From NCBI GenBank assembly GCA_016618085.1, contig JABLTG010000001.1, positions 186,001 through 250,000 of the forward strand: DNA of 64,000 nt. Reading direction: 5' to 3'. Source of the DNA: Neovahlkampfia damariscottae. Its lineage: Eukaryota. Below the pieces are notes generated by a model that ran no database searches, was not told where the DNA came from, and saw nothing but the letters and a program-made list of their open reading frames with translations. Below are positions 34,193 through 53,302 of the stretch, in pieces; positions within the stretch are counted from its first letter, which is position 1, and every line of letters starts with the position of its first letter. Position numbers and translations under genes: made by a program.

Positions 34193-36563
34193 ATGATGAA
34201 TTTTCCCTTAAATCGGACTCCAAAAGAGGTAAACACTTGAAATCGAACTAAACAAGAATATAATATAGTTACTGACCATCATAAAAGATCTTCACTCCTT
34301 TTCAACTGGAATTGAAAGAAGTGAGAAAAGAGTAGCATTCACTGTATATAAAGATAGTAAATTTAATTAATTTATTTAAAAAAAAAACAACAGGTTTTTC
34401 AGGAGATAGTGCTGTAAAATGGTGTGAAAATATTCTAAAATTCTCTTCTGAAGATTCCTACGTTTTTTTAGAACTTCTTCGAGCTATAGGAGTTTTTAGA
34501 AATGCAGATGATTTTAGAAAACCATTTAACAAAGATATTTTTTCTATCTATCAATTCACGGAGATTTTTGAAGTTGAAGAAGATGTTGAAAAAATTATAA
34601 TACAAAATTACAAAGACATAAGGACTATACGAAAAATAATGCTTTCAGAAGATTCATTACAACAATTATATGCTGATTTTGTTGAACAAGCTCTTGAAGA
34701 CGATCCAAGTCAAACTTTCAATTCAAACTTAGCTCTTGATTGGTTTTCCAAAACTTATAATATTTCATCACAAGCATCAAGTTATATTGAAAATATACTA
34801 TGTGAATATGAAATGTTTCAATCTGTTGGAAATGTTCAAAAAAAAGTATTCAACTCCGAAGCTAATTATCAATTGATTAACTTTATGGATTTTGTTGATA
34901 ATTTAACAATATTTATCAAATCATTAAAAGAAATTGAGAATTTTGCTCATTTTACATATTATCAGGTAAAAAAAAAAAAACTATTTTTTAACTTTTTCTT
35001 CAAAAGGACTTCGAAATTGACATTCTTGAACTTTATGCGGAAAAAGGAAAAAAGTCAACAAAAAAGAAATCTCAAATATCGAGTATATCTTTTAAAAGTA
35101 ATAGAGCATTAAGTGAACCTGAGATACAAACCAAGAGAAAATCATTTTTAGGATTTCCAACATTTGGATTAAAGAAATTAGACTCTTTTAGGAAATTTTC
35201 AGGAACAAATGTTTTTAAAAAACCAGATTCAACAAAACAATTAACAACTATTGAAAAGAAAGGTGGATTTAAAGAAAATGATTATCTAACAAGTCCAGAA
35301 ATGATTGAAGAAAATCGAAAATTATCATTGGTTCAAATACCAGTAGACATAGATCTTGATTCACCTAGATCTGTAACGTCTGATATAGTTTCACCAAGAA
35401 TACAACAATCACCAAAATTTTTAATGGGTATGAATGATTTTGTTCAAAATGAAAAAATACGAAATTTAGAATCACCAAGATCTAATAATGCAAATGAACT
35501 GGATGTTGAATCAACAATAGCATGTTCACCAAGAAGTGATTTTGGTGAAATTGAAAATAAAGAAAAAAAATCAACATTTTCAGATTTTTCAAATAAATTA
35601 TTTGAACTTTGTTTAATTGGTAAATTTGAAGAATTTCAAAGAGTATTTAAAGAAAATAAGAATACAATGAATATAAATATGATTTCAAATAAGACAACTT
35701 TATTACATTCAGCAGCTAAAAATAATCAACCTGAAATTTTAGATTTTTTAATTGAAAATGGTGCAGATTTGAATATATTAGATACAATGGAAAGAACACC
35801 ATTACATATGGCAGTATCACATGGAAATTCTGAATGTGTTTTAATATTATTAGGATCTTCATGTCGTGTAAATGAACGTGATAAATATGGATATTCACCA
35901 TTATATATTGCAATTAAACATCATAAATTTGAAATTGCAGATATTTTATTATTGTTTAATGGTGATATAAATTTCAAAAAAATTGATGGATCAACAATAT
36001 TACATAATTGTTTTGTTCATTCCAATGAAAAAGGTTTAAGATATATTTTGAATATTTCTCCAATTAAAAAATTAATTTATAATCCAAAAGATTCAAATGG
36101 TGAAACACCTTTATTAAAAGCAATGTATACAGATGATGTTAAATTATTGAAAATTTTTTTGACTGAAAAAAGAAGTGAAGTAAAATTGAATGTTCAAAAT
36201 ACAAATGGTGAAAATATATTTCATATTGCAGCAAAAAAGAATTCATTTAAATCATTACTTTATTTAATGTCACTTGATAAAACTTTGATAAATTTAATAG
36301 ATGTTCAAGATTTGACTTCAAGAAAATTTTATCCAATTCAATTGGCTATTCAAAATTCATCAGAAGAAGTTTTTCAAATTTTAATATCAAATGGTTGTGC
36401 TGTTAATGTTAAAGATGCAAAAGGAAATACACCTTTACATTATGCTGTTCAAAATTCAAATTTAAATTATGCAACAAAATTATTAAAATCAAAAGCAAAA
36501 CAATTAAAAAATAATGAAGGAGTTACACCAAAAAAATTGAAAAAAATATTTGAATCAAAATAA
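34193..36563 (+). CDS. DEP-domain and ankyrin-repeat protein
   Basis: Spliced N-terminus GIERSEKRVAFTVYKDSFSGDSAVKW...IYQF (DEP), second DEP-like TFNSNLALDWF..., SP(R/K) cluster, multiple TPLH ankyrin repeats; three introns give one frame. Confidence 0.85.
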
Positions 36564-36681
36564 ATTTTATTGTAAACTAAATCCTACCCCACCAATTACT
36601 ATTGTATAATTACCAATCAAAATGATCACAAGAAAGATAATCCTATATTGGGAAAGAAGTGTTTATAAAATAAAGAATTTA

Positions 36682-38766
36682 TTAAATATAATCTTTTCTA
36701 TCTAATTCAATTGATGATTTTGATAATTCAGATAAACTTCTTGGAAAGACAGCAAAACTGAATTGTAATGAAGAAAACCATTTTGGTGATAATGAAACAA
36801 ATTTCACACCATAAAATTCAACACCGTCAATAGTTGTTTTAAAACCTGTTTTTTTCTTTTCAACTTTTCCAATAAATTTTGTAACTAACTCATTTTCACA
36901 AGGTGTTGATTTTTTTTGTGATTTCATTTGAGGTTGAATTTGAAGTGATAATGCACCAGGAGAAGGATAAAATTCTTCAGAAGAAATCAATTTTGTAGGT
37001 AAATTAAAAGCATTAATAGTTTGATATTTTGATGATTTAACAGATTTTTTTGAATCTTTTGATTTTGAATTCAATAACCAATAATCTAATTTTAATTCAA
37101 CTGGATCAATTTGATCTTGTTGTTGTGGATTATTATATTCACCTATATGTACATTTGATAAAAAAGGTACACTCATTTGACTTTCTTGTGTTTTATCTTT
37201 TGATAAAATTGTTAATAATGCTTCTGCAATATCTAATTTAATATTATCAGTTCCATTTTCTAAATAATAAGATACTGATTGAAGAACCATTCTAATTTGT
37301 TCAGATGATATTTTATCTTCTTTAGTTTTTTCAAATAATTGTCTCCAATTTAAATCACAAAAATAATCTGAATAAGTTTCATTCAATTCACCTAAATATT
37401 CTGAAATTAAATTATTTCCTTCTTTTCCAGTTGGTATTAAAAAGAATTGAAATAAATCCATTATTTTTGGATTATCAAGAGCTAATGATGTACATGCTCT
37501 TAAAAAATCATTTACATATGTATCTGTTCCCATTAATAATATTTTTATCTTTTTTTTTATTTCAAGTTGATCAAATTGTGAATTAGCTAAATATTTAACA
37601 GCAATTGAAACATCATCAAATGATCTTGTTGGTACAATAACTTTCGTTAATAATTCAGAATCATTTTTCATTATTTCAAATAATTTCTTTCCTCTTCTTG
37701 TTTTTGTATTGATAAAAATATAATTTGTAACTTTTTCAGAGATATATTCTTCAGGTTTGAATACATCATTATCTTTTAATTCTTCTTTTTTATCATGAAT
37801 TACTAAGATATCAGGTGAATTGTATATTTCTTCTTTATCAAATTGTGGTTGCATTATTGGTGTATTTTGTGGTGCCCTTGGTGTTGTAACTCCTAAAGGT
37901 TTATGTGGTGTAGTTGCCATTGGTACATTATTTCCAGTAACATTTTCTTGATCATTTTCTCCTTTTTCTTTTTCTTTTGTTTTGAATACTTTATCAATTC
38001 CTTTTTTTAGTAAGTTTGGTATAAAATTATTTTTTTTTCCTTCTTCTTTTATATTTTCTTCTTGATATCCAAATATTTCAACTTCATCATCTGAACTTGT
38101 ATCTGAACCATATCCAACAATTTCTTCATCTTCATCTTCAGAATCATATAATTCTTCTTGTTCCATTTGATCTGTAAATTGACTTAAATCACCAAATGTT
38201 GCTGGTACTGTTGTTACTTTTAACCAAATCTTTGCTGTTTCTTCTTGATTTTTATTGATCAATGGTACTGCTGAATCTACTGGACATTGAAGGATTTTCT
38301 TCATATCAAATGTACAAACACCAAGTAAATGGTATCTACCTTTTGTTTTATACTTAACTATAACATCTAATAATTGTCTGTTTTCTTTTAAATGATGCAC
38401 GTATTGAATCGTATAATTCGTTTGAATTTTAAGAGGTAATTTTGGATCTTCAAGTATCATTTTCGATTTTATTGACTTTTGAGGATGTCTTTTAAAAAAT
38501 ATATCCAAACGAAGTTCTCCAGAAACTTTGGTCTGAAATTTTGGAGATACTTCAAATTTGGTGCAAACTATTTGGCATATTCTATAAATACTATGTGTTC
38601 GTGGTTTTTTTTGCATATTTCCAACAACAATTGCGTAGGTCTTAATTTTTGAACGTTCATCTGTTTGAACGACTTTTGTGCGAGATAAATCTCTTGGTGA
38701 AGTTTTTGACTCCACTTTCGGTTGAGTTTTGTTAGTATCGATTTTTTTATTCGTTGTTGTGGACAT
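36682..38766 (-). CDS. PACS: PACS (phosphofurin acidic cluster sorting)-like protein
   Basis: YTIQYVHHLK...LGVCTFDMKKILQCP resembles the PACS furin-binding region; acidic cluster LYDSEDEDEE; ELKLDYW and FKTTIDGVEFYGVKFVSLSPKW resemble the PACS C-terminus. Confidence 0.75.
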   Translation of the reverse strand: MSTTTNKKIDTNKTQPKVESKTSPRDLSRTKVVQTDERSKIKTYAIVVGNMQKKPRTHSIYRICQIVCTKFEVSPKFQTKVSGELRLDIFFKRHPQKSIKSKMILEDPKLPLKIQTNYTIQYVHHLKENRQLLDVIVKYKTKGRYHLLGVCTFDMKKILQCPVDSAVPLINKNQEETAKIWLKVTTVPATFGDLSQFTDQMEQEELYDSEDEDEEIVGYGSDTSSDDEVEIFGYQEENIKEEGKKNNFIPNLLKKGIDKVFKTKEKEKGENDQENVTGNNVPMATTPHKPLGVTTPRAPQNTPIMQPQFDKEEIYNSPDILVIHDKKEELKDNDVFKPEEYISEKVTNYIFINTKTRRGKKLFEIMKNDSELLTKVIVPTRSFDDVSIAVKYLANSQFDQLEIKKKIKILLMGTDTYVNDFLRACTSLALDNPKIMDLFQFFLIPTGKEGNNLISEYLGELNETYSDYFCDLNWRQLFEKTKEDKISSEQIRMVLQSVSYYLENGTDNIKLDIAEALLTILSKDKTQESQMSVPFLSNVHIGEYNNPQQQDQIDPVELKLDYWLLNSKSKDSKKSVKSSKYQTINAFNLPTKLISSEEFYPSPGALSLQIQPQMKSQKKSTPCENELVTKFIGKVEKKKTGFKTTIDGVEFYGVKFVSLSPKWFSSLQFSFAVFPRSLSELSKSSIELDRKDYI

Positions 38767-38963
38767 TATTCAATTTTAGACAAGACAACTATGTCGTTGA
38801 GTGATGCAGTTTTTTATTTACAAGCAATACTATTGGTGGAATATTGGATCAAAACAATTTTACTATTTTTCTTTGAAATTTCTAAAATTTAAAAGTAACT
38901 GTAGTAGATCCAGTAATTTTTTTTAAACCAATTATTTGTCTATAATTTTTGACAAATCAAAAA

Positions 38964-40234
38964 ATGTTAAAGTTGATTTTAGTGTTGACATTTGTTTTTA
39001 CTTTTGTTACTGCAAACATTGATCATATTGGTTATGAACCACTTCCAATTGAAAAATTAAATCTTCCTAAAGGATTTAAAATTGAAGTATTGGCTAGAGT
39101 GGGAAATGCAAGACAAATGAGTTTATCACCAAAAGGAATTATTTTCGTTGGCTCATTTAGATCAGCTCAAGGTGTAGTCACAGCTTTAGTACCTATTGGA
39201 AATGGAAAATATGAAAGTTTTGCAGTAAGTCATATAACCAGTTTATTAAAAACAAAAAAAAGATTGCAAAAGGCTTAAAAATGCCAACTGGATTAACTTT
39301 TCATAAAGGTAGTCTCTATGTAGGAGCTATTGATCAAATTTTAAGATTTGACAATATTGAACAAAGAATCAGAAATCCACCAACTCCGATAGTTGTTACT
39401 ACATTTCCTTCAGATGTTCATCACGGTTGGAAATATATTAAAGTTCATAAAGATAAAATGTATGTACCTGTAGGTGCTCCATGTAACATTTGTAACTCAA
39501 CTCAAGTTTATGTAAAAAAAAAAAAAAAAAATTAATGAAAAACAGGCAACAATTTGGAAAATGGATCTTGATGGAAAAAATAAACAAGTTATTGCTAAAG
39601 GTGTAAGAAATACAGTCGGATTTGATTGGGATCCAGAAACAGGTGATTTTTGGTTTACTGAAAATGGAAGAGATATGCTTGGTGATGATACTCCACCTGA
39701 TGAATTAAATCATCTTAAAAAAGAAGGAGATCATTATGGATTTCCATTTTGTCATGGTAAAAATATCTCAGATCCACAGTTCAATCCAAGTGGTAAATGT
39801 GATCAATACAAACCTGCTACCTATGAATTAGGTCCACATGTTGCTGCACTTGGATTAACATTTTATCAAGGAAAGAAATTTCCAAAAAAATATCAAAATC
39901 AACCTATTTTTGCTGAACATGTTTATTTTCATTTTTTTTTTTTAATTTTTTCATTTAGGGAAGTTGGAATAGAAGAATACCTATTGGATATCGTGTTATG
40001 ATGGTAGATAAAAAGAATCCATCAAAAGATTCATATAAAGTTTTTATTGATGGTTGGTTACAATTACCTGCAAAAGATTCAAAATATGCATGGGTAAGTA
40101 TTTCAAAAAGAGATATATTTTTAACTTTTGTAATTTAGGGTAGACCAACTGATGTTTTGAATATGCCTGATGGAAGTTTATTAATCAGTGATGACAAAGG
40201 AAACGCTGTTTATAAAGTTACTTATGAAGGGTAA
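38964..40234 (+). CDS. secreted glucose/L-sorbosone dehydrogenase-family (PQQ-type beta-propeller) protein
   Basis: Signal peptide; LNLPKGFKIEV, HHGWKYI, VPVGAPCNIC, GVRNTVGFDWDP, PHVAALG, EHGSWNR, WGRPTDV; four introns. Confidence 0.92.
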
Positions 40235-40395
40235 AATTATTGGAATAAAAATTAATCCTCAAATAACTTTGTTGTTATTTAGTTTTTGAGAGGTGTTTCA
40301 AAATGTAAGCATATGGCATTAAAAAAAAAAAACCTATTTTCTTTTGATTAAATAATTTATTTTTTCAAAAGAAAAAGTTTAGGTTTGGGTTGAAT

Positions 40396-41017
40396 TTAAC
40401 AGATAATACATGAGTTTAGTTTTTTTCCAGGATTTTGAATATCAATTTGTGAAAAAGCTTCGGAAAAAATTGATTGGATTTGATAGTTTCGCTTTGCAGA
40501 GACTTCTAAAAATACAGCATCCATTTTTTGAGCTAATTTTTTACCTTCAGCTTCAGAAACAGCTCTTTGTTTATCTAATTCACATTTGTTTCCAACTATT
40601 ATGAAAGGAACAGTATCTGTACCAATGGTATTTATGATCTTCTCATAAATAGTTGGTAAGACTTCAAATGATTTTCTATTTGTGATACTGTAGACCAGTA
40701 TGAACGCATCCATACCTAAACCAAAGCTTGGTTGTAAAATTGTAAAATGGTCCTTCGAAGTTTTAAAAAAGGTTTTTTTTTTTACCTGGCCAGAAGAATC
40801 AATTATATTGGTAACATATTTATTTCCATTGTAATGTATATTTTTTTGATAAGTATTTTCAATTGTTGGATAGTACTTGTCTTGAAATGACTGTTCGGTG
40901 AATTGTGTACATACACTGGTTTTTCCTATTATATTTTAGTTCATTTTTAGTATTCTTACCTACTGCTCTGTATCCAGCTACAAGAATTTGACGATGTTTT
41001 TCGATGTTTGTTGACAT
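40396..41017 (-). CDS. RHEB: Rheb small GTPase
   Basis: GYRAVGKT (Rheb-type Arg in G1), YYPTIENT, DSSGQD, GNKCE, SAK, CaaX CIIC; two introns. Confidence 0.9.
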
Positions 41018-41267
41018 GTTGTTTGTTTTACTTTTCGGTTTTGAGTTTGTTGGGTGGACCAATCATTTTTATTTATCACCAAATCGAAATTGTTTTTGAC
41101 CTGAAATGGTCATTCTAAAATACTAATCGAGGGTAGAATTTTTCCTGTTCAAAAAAAAACAATTTCGCACAAAATTGGAAATTTATTTGTTTCAAATTAA
41201 ACCATAATTCCATTTTCAAATGATGGAAATTGTTCTCTTTCAGAATGTTTCCAACATAGGAGAACAT

Positions 41268-42599
41268 CTATTCTCTTTTAACTTTGTAAATTTCCTGTTT
41301 ATCTTGCGGTGACAAAATCATCTGATCGAAGTTGATTTGATATTTTCCTTCTTCAGATGAAATGTTGACAGTTTTACCTTTCAATACATACACTGTTTCA
41401 ATTAATTTTGAAGTTTTTTCATCAAATTCTTTCCATAAACCATTCTTTGATTGATATTTCCAAACAACAATTCGTTTCTTTGAATCTCTATCTTGAATGA
41501 ACTTTCTCAATTTAGTTTCCATATACTTTCGAATTCTCACCATTTTGTTTAAATCATAATGACAATTTTCATCAATACTGAAGAACTTTTTCAAATTGGA
41601 TTCAATAGATGAATGTAAAATCAATGAAAAGTAATCATTCAATTGAACCCATTCATTTATCTTTGATTCATATTCATAAATAATTTGGTTTTTTGATTCA
41701 AATGGGAATAATCTAGTCACTTCTTCTGATTTTGTGTTAATAACATTTTTCCTTGTCAAATCAAAAATAACATCATCTTTCAAATTTGGAACTAAATTTA
41801 AATTTTCTTCAATCTTCAAATATTCATATGGAAATGAATTGATTGCATTTACCAGTTTTATTGATAATGGAAATATTTCATTGTTCAATTGAATAAACCA
41901 AATTTGTTTTGAACTATTACACCAAATTGAATATTCTTCCGAAAAATTCTTTTCTTTCAATTTTTCTAACTTTTTTGCTTTTGCTTTTGCCTTTATCAAA
42001 ATCATTTTTCTTTCTTTCATTTTTTTCATTTTTTGTTTATATTTTTCTTTAATTTCCAATGGAATTAAATCAGAAGTTTCAACAAAAGTTGATATTTTAA
42101 GTTTCAACTCTTTTGGTACATCTTTAATTTCTGTTTCATTTCTTACAGATTTGTCGCATACAGGGCAAGTAGGTTTGATTAAAATCCATTTCAAAATATT
42201 TTCTTTTTCAAAAATGTGACCACAATTGGTAACAACAGGTTGAATTAATAAATTTTTAGAAATGCTACAAGTAATGTAATAAGGAATCACTTTCTTTTCT
42301 GTATCTTCTTCTTCAATTGTTGACATTAAATCTTGAACAACTTTGACAATCATTTGAAATCTTTTTTCACCATCAGATATCTCTGATATTTTTAAATTTG
42401 AGTGTTCAAAAGTAAAAGTTTTTTTTGGATAAACAGTCAAAAGATGTATTTCTTTTTTTGAATATTTTGGCCATTTATTTGCTATCAAATAATCAACAAT
42501 GAATTCATGTATATTTGAAACTGTATTTTCATTTGAAAATTCTTTTCGAGTCGGATTTGATAGAGGGTTCAAAAATTTGAATTGTATCACAACAGACAT
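41268..42599 (-). CDS. UBX-like, U-box/RING and WWE-domain protein
   Basis: TVYPKKTF ubiquitin-like N-terminus; CSISKNLLIQPVVTNCGHIFEKENILKW...CPVC; VVWKYQ...WKEFD...IETVY...YQINFDQM (WWE) plus upstream degenerate WWE-like copies. Confidence 0.8.
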   Translation of the reverse strand: MSVVIQFKFLNPLSNPTRKEFSNENTVSNIHEFIVDYLIANKWPKYSKKEIHLLTVYPKKTFTFEHSNLKISEISDGEKRFQMIVKVVQDLMSTIEEEDTEKKVIPYYITCSISKNLLIQPVVTNCGHIFEKENILKWILIKPTCPVCDKSVRNETEIKDVPKELKLKISTFVETSDLIPLEIKEKYKQKMKKMKERKMILIKAKAKAKKLEKLKEKNFSEEYSIWCNSSKQIWFIQLNNEIFPLSIKLVNAINSFPYEYLKIEENLNLVPNLKDDVIFDLTRKNVINTKSEEVTRLFPFESKNQIIYEYESKINEWVQLNDYFSLILHSSIESNLKKFFSIDENCHYDLNKMVRIRKYMETKLRKFIQDRDSKKRIVVWKYQSKNGLWKEFDEKTSKLIETVYVLKGKTVNISSEEGKYQINFDQMILSPQDKQEIYKVKRE

Positions 42600-42634
42600 T
42601 GGAAAAATAAATTTTGATTGGATGAATAAAAAAT

Positions 42635-43311
42635 TTATTTTATTGGAACTAAATAACATCCAAGTAATCCCTTACCGTTCCACGTTTTTGGTGTAAATGT
42701 TAACATGATATCTTTGTTTTTCCTCAAAATTTGAATTTTTAATTTATTGTTAACATTCTTTTGAACGTAATCCGCCAAGATTTTCAACCCATAAGTGTCT
42801 AATTCTTTTTTTTCAATATCTCCAAATTTACAAATTTCATCATTGACTTCTAAACCAGTTTCTTGGGCAGGAGATCCTTCAGCCACAGAATTTACCGTCA
42901 AAAATGGTGATTTTCTTTGAAGGACTGGTTTCTTTTCAATAATATTGATTTCTTCAATTAATTCTTCTTTTTTTTCAACTTTTTCTTCCACTTTTTTTTC
43001 TTCTGTTTTGTAAGTTGCATGGAGCGCATACATTCCTTCTTCTATTTCTTTCATTAAAAATTTATAATCTGTTTTTAAGCAGTTTAATTTATTTCTCATG
43101 ATTAAAGTTTGATGTACATCAATATCACTTCTTGGAAAGCCCTCTTGGTCCTTTTAAAAAGAGTCAAATAAATAATTGAACTTACAACGAGTGCACCTGT
43201 GATTCCACCTGATTTTTTCAATCCACTTGTAAGTTCTTCTATTAGTTCTTCCATATCCTCTTTCTTTTTAATCAAGAGTTTCAAGTCTTTTGAAGTTATT
43301 TGTTTGCTCAT
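42635..43311 (-). CDS. PSMD9: 26S proteasome assembly chaperone p27/Nas2
   Basis: LVDQEGFPRSDIDV across the intron, CLKTDY, PDZ-like VAEGSPA, C-terminal WNGKGLLGC. Confidence 0.93.
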
Positions 43312-43497
43312 TTAATTTTTGTCATTGATTGGTGGAATATTTTTATTTTTAAATTTCTGATAAAGCAAATTATTTCGTTTAAAAAAGATTTTTCTTTCTT
43401 TTCATCAAAAGTAAAATTTCAACCAATCAAACTAACCGTTTTTTTTTTTTCAAAAGAAACGACGAACTCAGAGCAAAATTGGAAAACTTTATTTGTG

Positions 43498-51110
<7,613 letters not shown>

Positions 51111-51192
51111 TTTTTGTGAATAAAATCCTTCTTCTTTTTTCATCCAATCAGAATTTACTTGAACTGAAACCTCATCCACAACTCCGAGTTCA

Positions 51193-52151
51193 ATGGGTAA
51201 CAGTTTTTATGAAATTACAACATCAGAGTCTCTTGAAGATTCAATGGATGAAGAAAAATCTATGAATATTTCCAAAGAACAAAATATAAAATGTTTTGAC
51301 GATATTTACAATACTTTAGAAGATGTACAAAAAGCTTTAATCAAATCAGGATTAGAATCATCAAATTTAATTATTGGTATTGATTACACCAGGAGTAATT
51401 ATCAAACTGGTCAAAAGACATTTGGAGGAAAAAACTTACATACTATTGAAAGTGGAGTAACAAATCCTTATCAAAGTTGTATTTCAATAATAGGAAGAAC
51501 TTTAAGTAAATTAGATGAAGACAACATGTAAGTTTATTTTCAACTTAATAATAGTATTCCTGTTTTTGGTTTTGGAGATAAAACAACAGGAGCAGATGGT
51601 GTTTTTTCAATGCTTCCTGATGATTCTGGTAGATTCTGTGAAGGATTTGAAGAGGTACTAGAAGTATATAATAAACAAACTCCAAATATTGAACTTTATG
51701 GTCCAACAAATTTGTAAGTGCCATTTCCATTAATATACATTGAAGTGCACCTTTAATTAAAGCAGTTGAAATTGTAACATCTGGAAAAAGAAGAGAATAT
51801 CATATATTGGTTATATTAACTGATGGACAAGTAACAGATACAAGAACAAATGAAACAAAAAGAGCAATTATTAAGGCATCTAAATATCCATTATCAATCA
51901 TTGTTGTTGGTGTAGGTGATGGACCATGGGGTGAAATGGAAGAATATGATGATAAATTACCACAAAGAGATTTTGATAATGTAAACTTAAAAAAATATGA
52001 TTAATATACTTTTTAGTTTCAATTTGTTGATTATTTTAAAACAATTAGAAAATCAAAAACTAAAGATGAAACAGATAAAGATTTTGCATTAGCTGCATTA
52101 ATGGAAATACCACAACAATTTCAAGCAATTAAAAAATTAAGATTATTGTAA
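51193..52151 (+). CDS. copine/RGLG-type vWA-domain protein
   Basis: [61 protein letters not shown] start; three introns. Confidence 0.92.
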
Positions 52152-52156
52152 AACAA

Positions 52157-53194
52157 TTATTCTTGTGTTAAAATTGTTCTAATTTTATCTTTTGTTTCTT
52201 TTGATATTGATTTTAAAGTTTCATTATCATTAAAACTTTCTTTTTCATTTTTCAAATGATCTGTTTTTTTTATCAAAATTGAATTCAATATTATTTCATA
52301 TCCTAAAAATACTTTCAAAAAAATAAGAAATTTAATATTTTTTTTAATACCCAAATCAATATATTTTGAATCATTATTAGTTTCATTAAAGTTTGAAACA
52401 AATTCTAAACTTTTTTGTTTTAATAATGATTGGTTAAAATGAAGATTTGATTCATTTGTCATTATTTGTTTAATTGTTAATTGAAATGATTCTTGAATCA
52501 ATAAAATATTTGAAATTAAACGTAAAATTAAATAAAAACTTTTTCGAATTGAATTTAATTTTGTCAAAATGAAGAAAACTAAAAAAGAAGTAAGACTACC
52601 AAATTTTAATATTTCATCTTGATCTATTCAATATAAATTAGAATAATGTTAATAAATGATACTTAAATTCATTTCTGAAAAATTGAAATTCTCAATTTCA
52701 AAATTCTCCATTTCTATATTTTTTAAACACAATAAGAAAATCATCAAATTTTCAATTTTCAAAATTCTTGATTCAAAAGAAATATCATTTCTTAATTTAT
52801 ATAAATCTAATATTGACATTATCAAAATACCAAATATTTTAGTTTTTTTTATTCCTTTTTCATTTTTTAAAGATGAATAAAGAAAATGAACTAAAAGTAA
52901 TTTAGAGGAAATTGAACCACCAAAAATGATTTTTTGATTCATAAAACTTAGTTTTTTTGATTTTTTTAATAATATAATTGTCATAAATAAAATTAAAATT
53001 AAAATTTCCCATGGACAAGAAGAATCATTTACAATTTTTTTGAAAAATTCTTTTAATTCTTCAAATGATTTAGGAGATGATTCAATCATTAAATCTATTT
53101 TATTTGTTATTTTATTAATTGATCTATTTTCATAAAAATCTGAAACAAAGTGATGAAGTAAAATTTTCTTTCGTCTCTTGATTTGTTCTTTCAT
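52157..53194 (-). CDS. hypothetical membrane protein
   Basis: Hydrophobic ORFs joined by GT-AG intron 52624-52662, with a probable second intron 52312-52350. Confidence 0.6.
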
Positions 53195-53302
53195 ATTTCA
53201 ATTTGATTGGTTAAAAAAAAAAAAGAGAAAAATCAAAACGTAAAATATTATCCTTTCTGTCAGTTCAATTATATATTTTAAATACATGAATAAGTTTTTA
53301 TT

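Noticed and set aside
52624..52662. Possible U12-type intron (5' GTATCATTT)
   Set aside because: Mismatch at a key C of RTATCCTT and no TCCTTAAC branch site; fits the ordinary short-intron class
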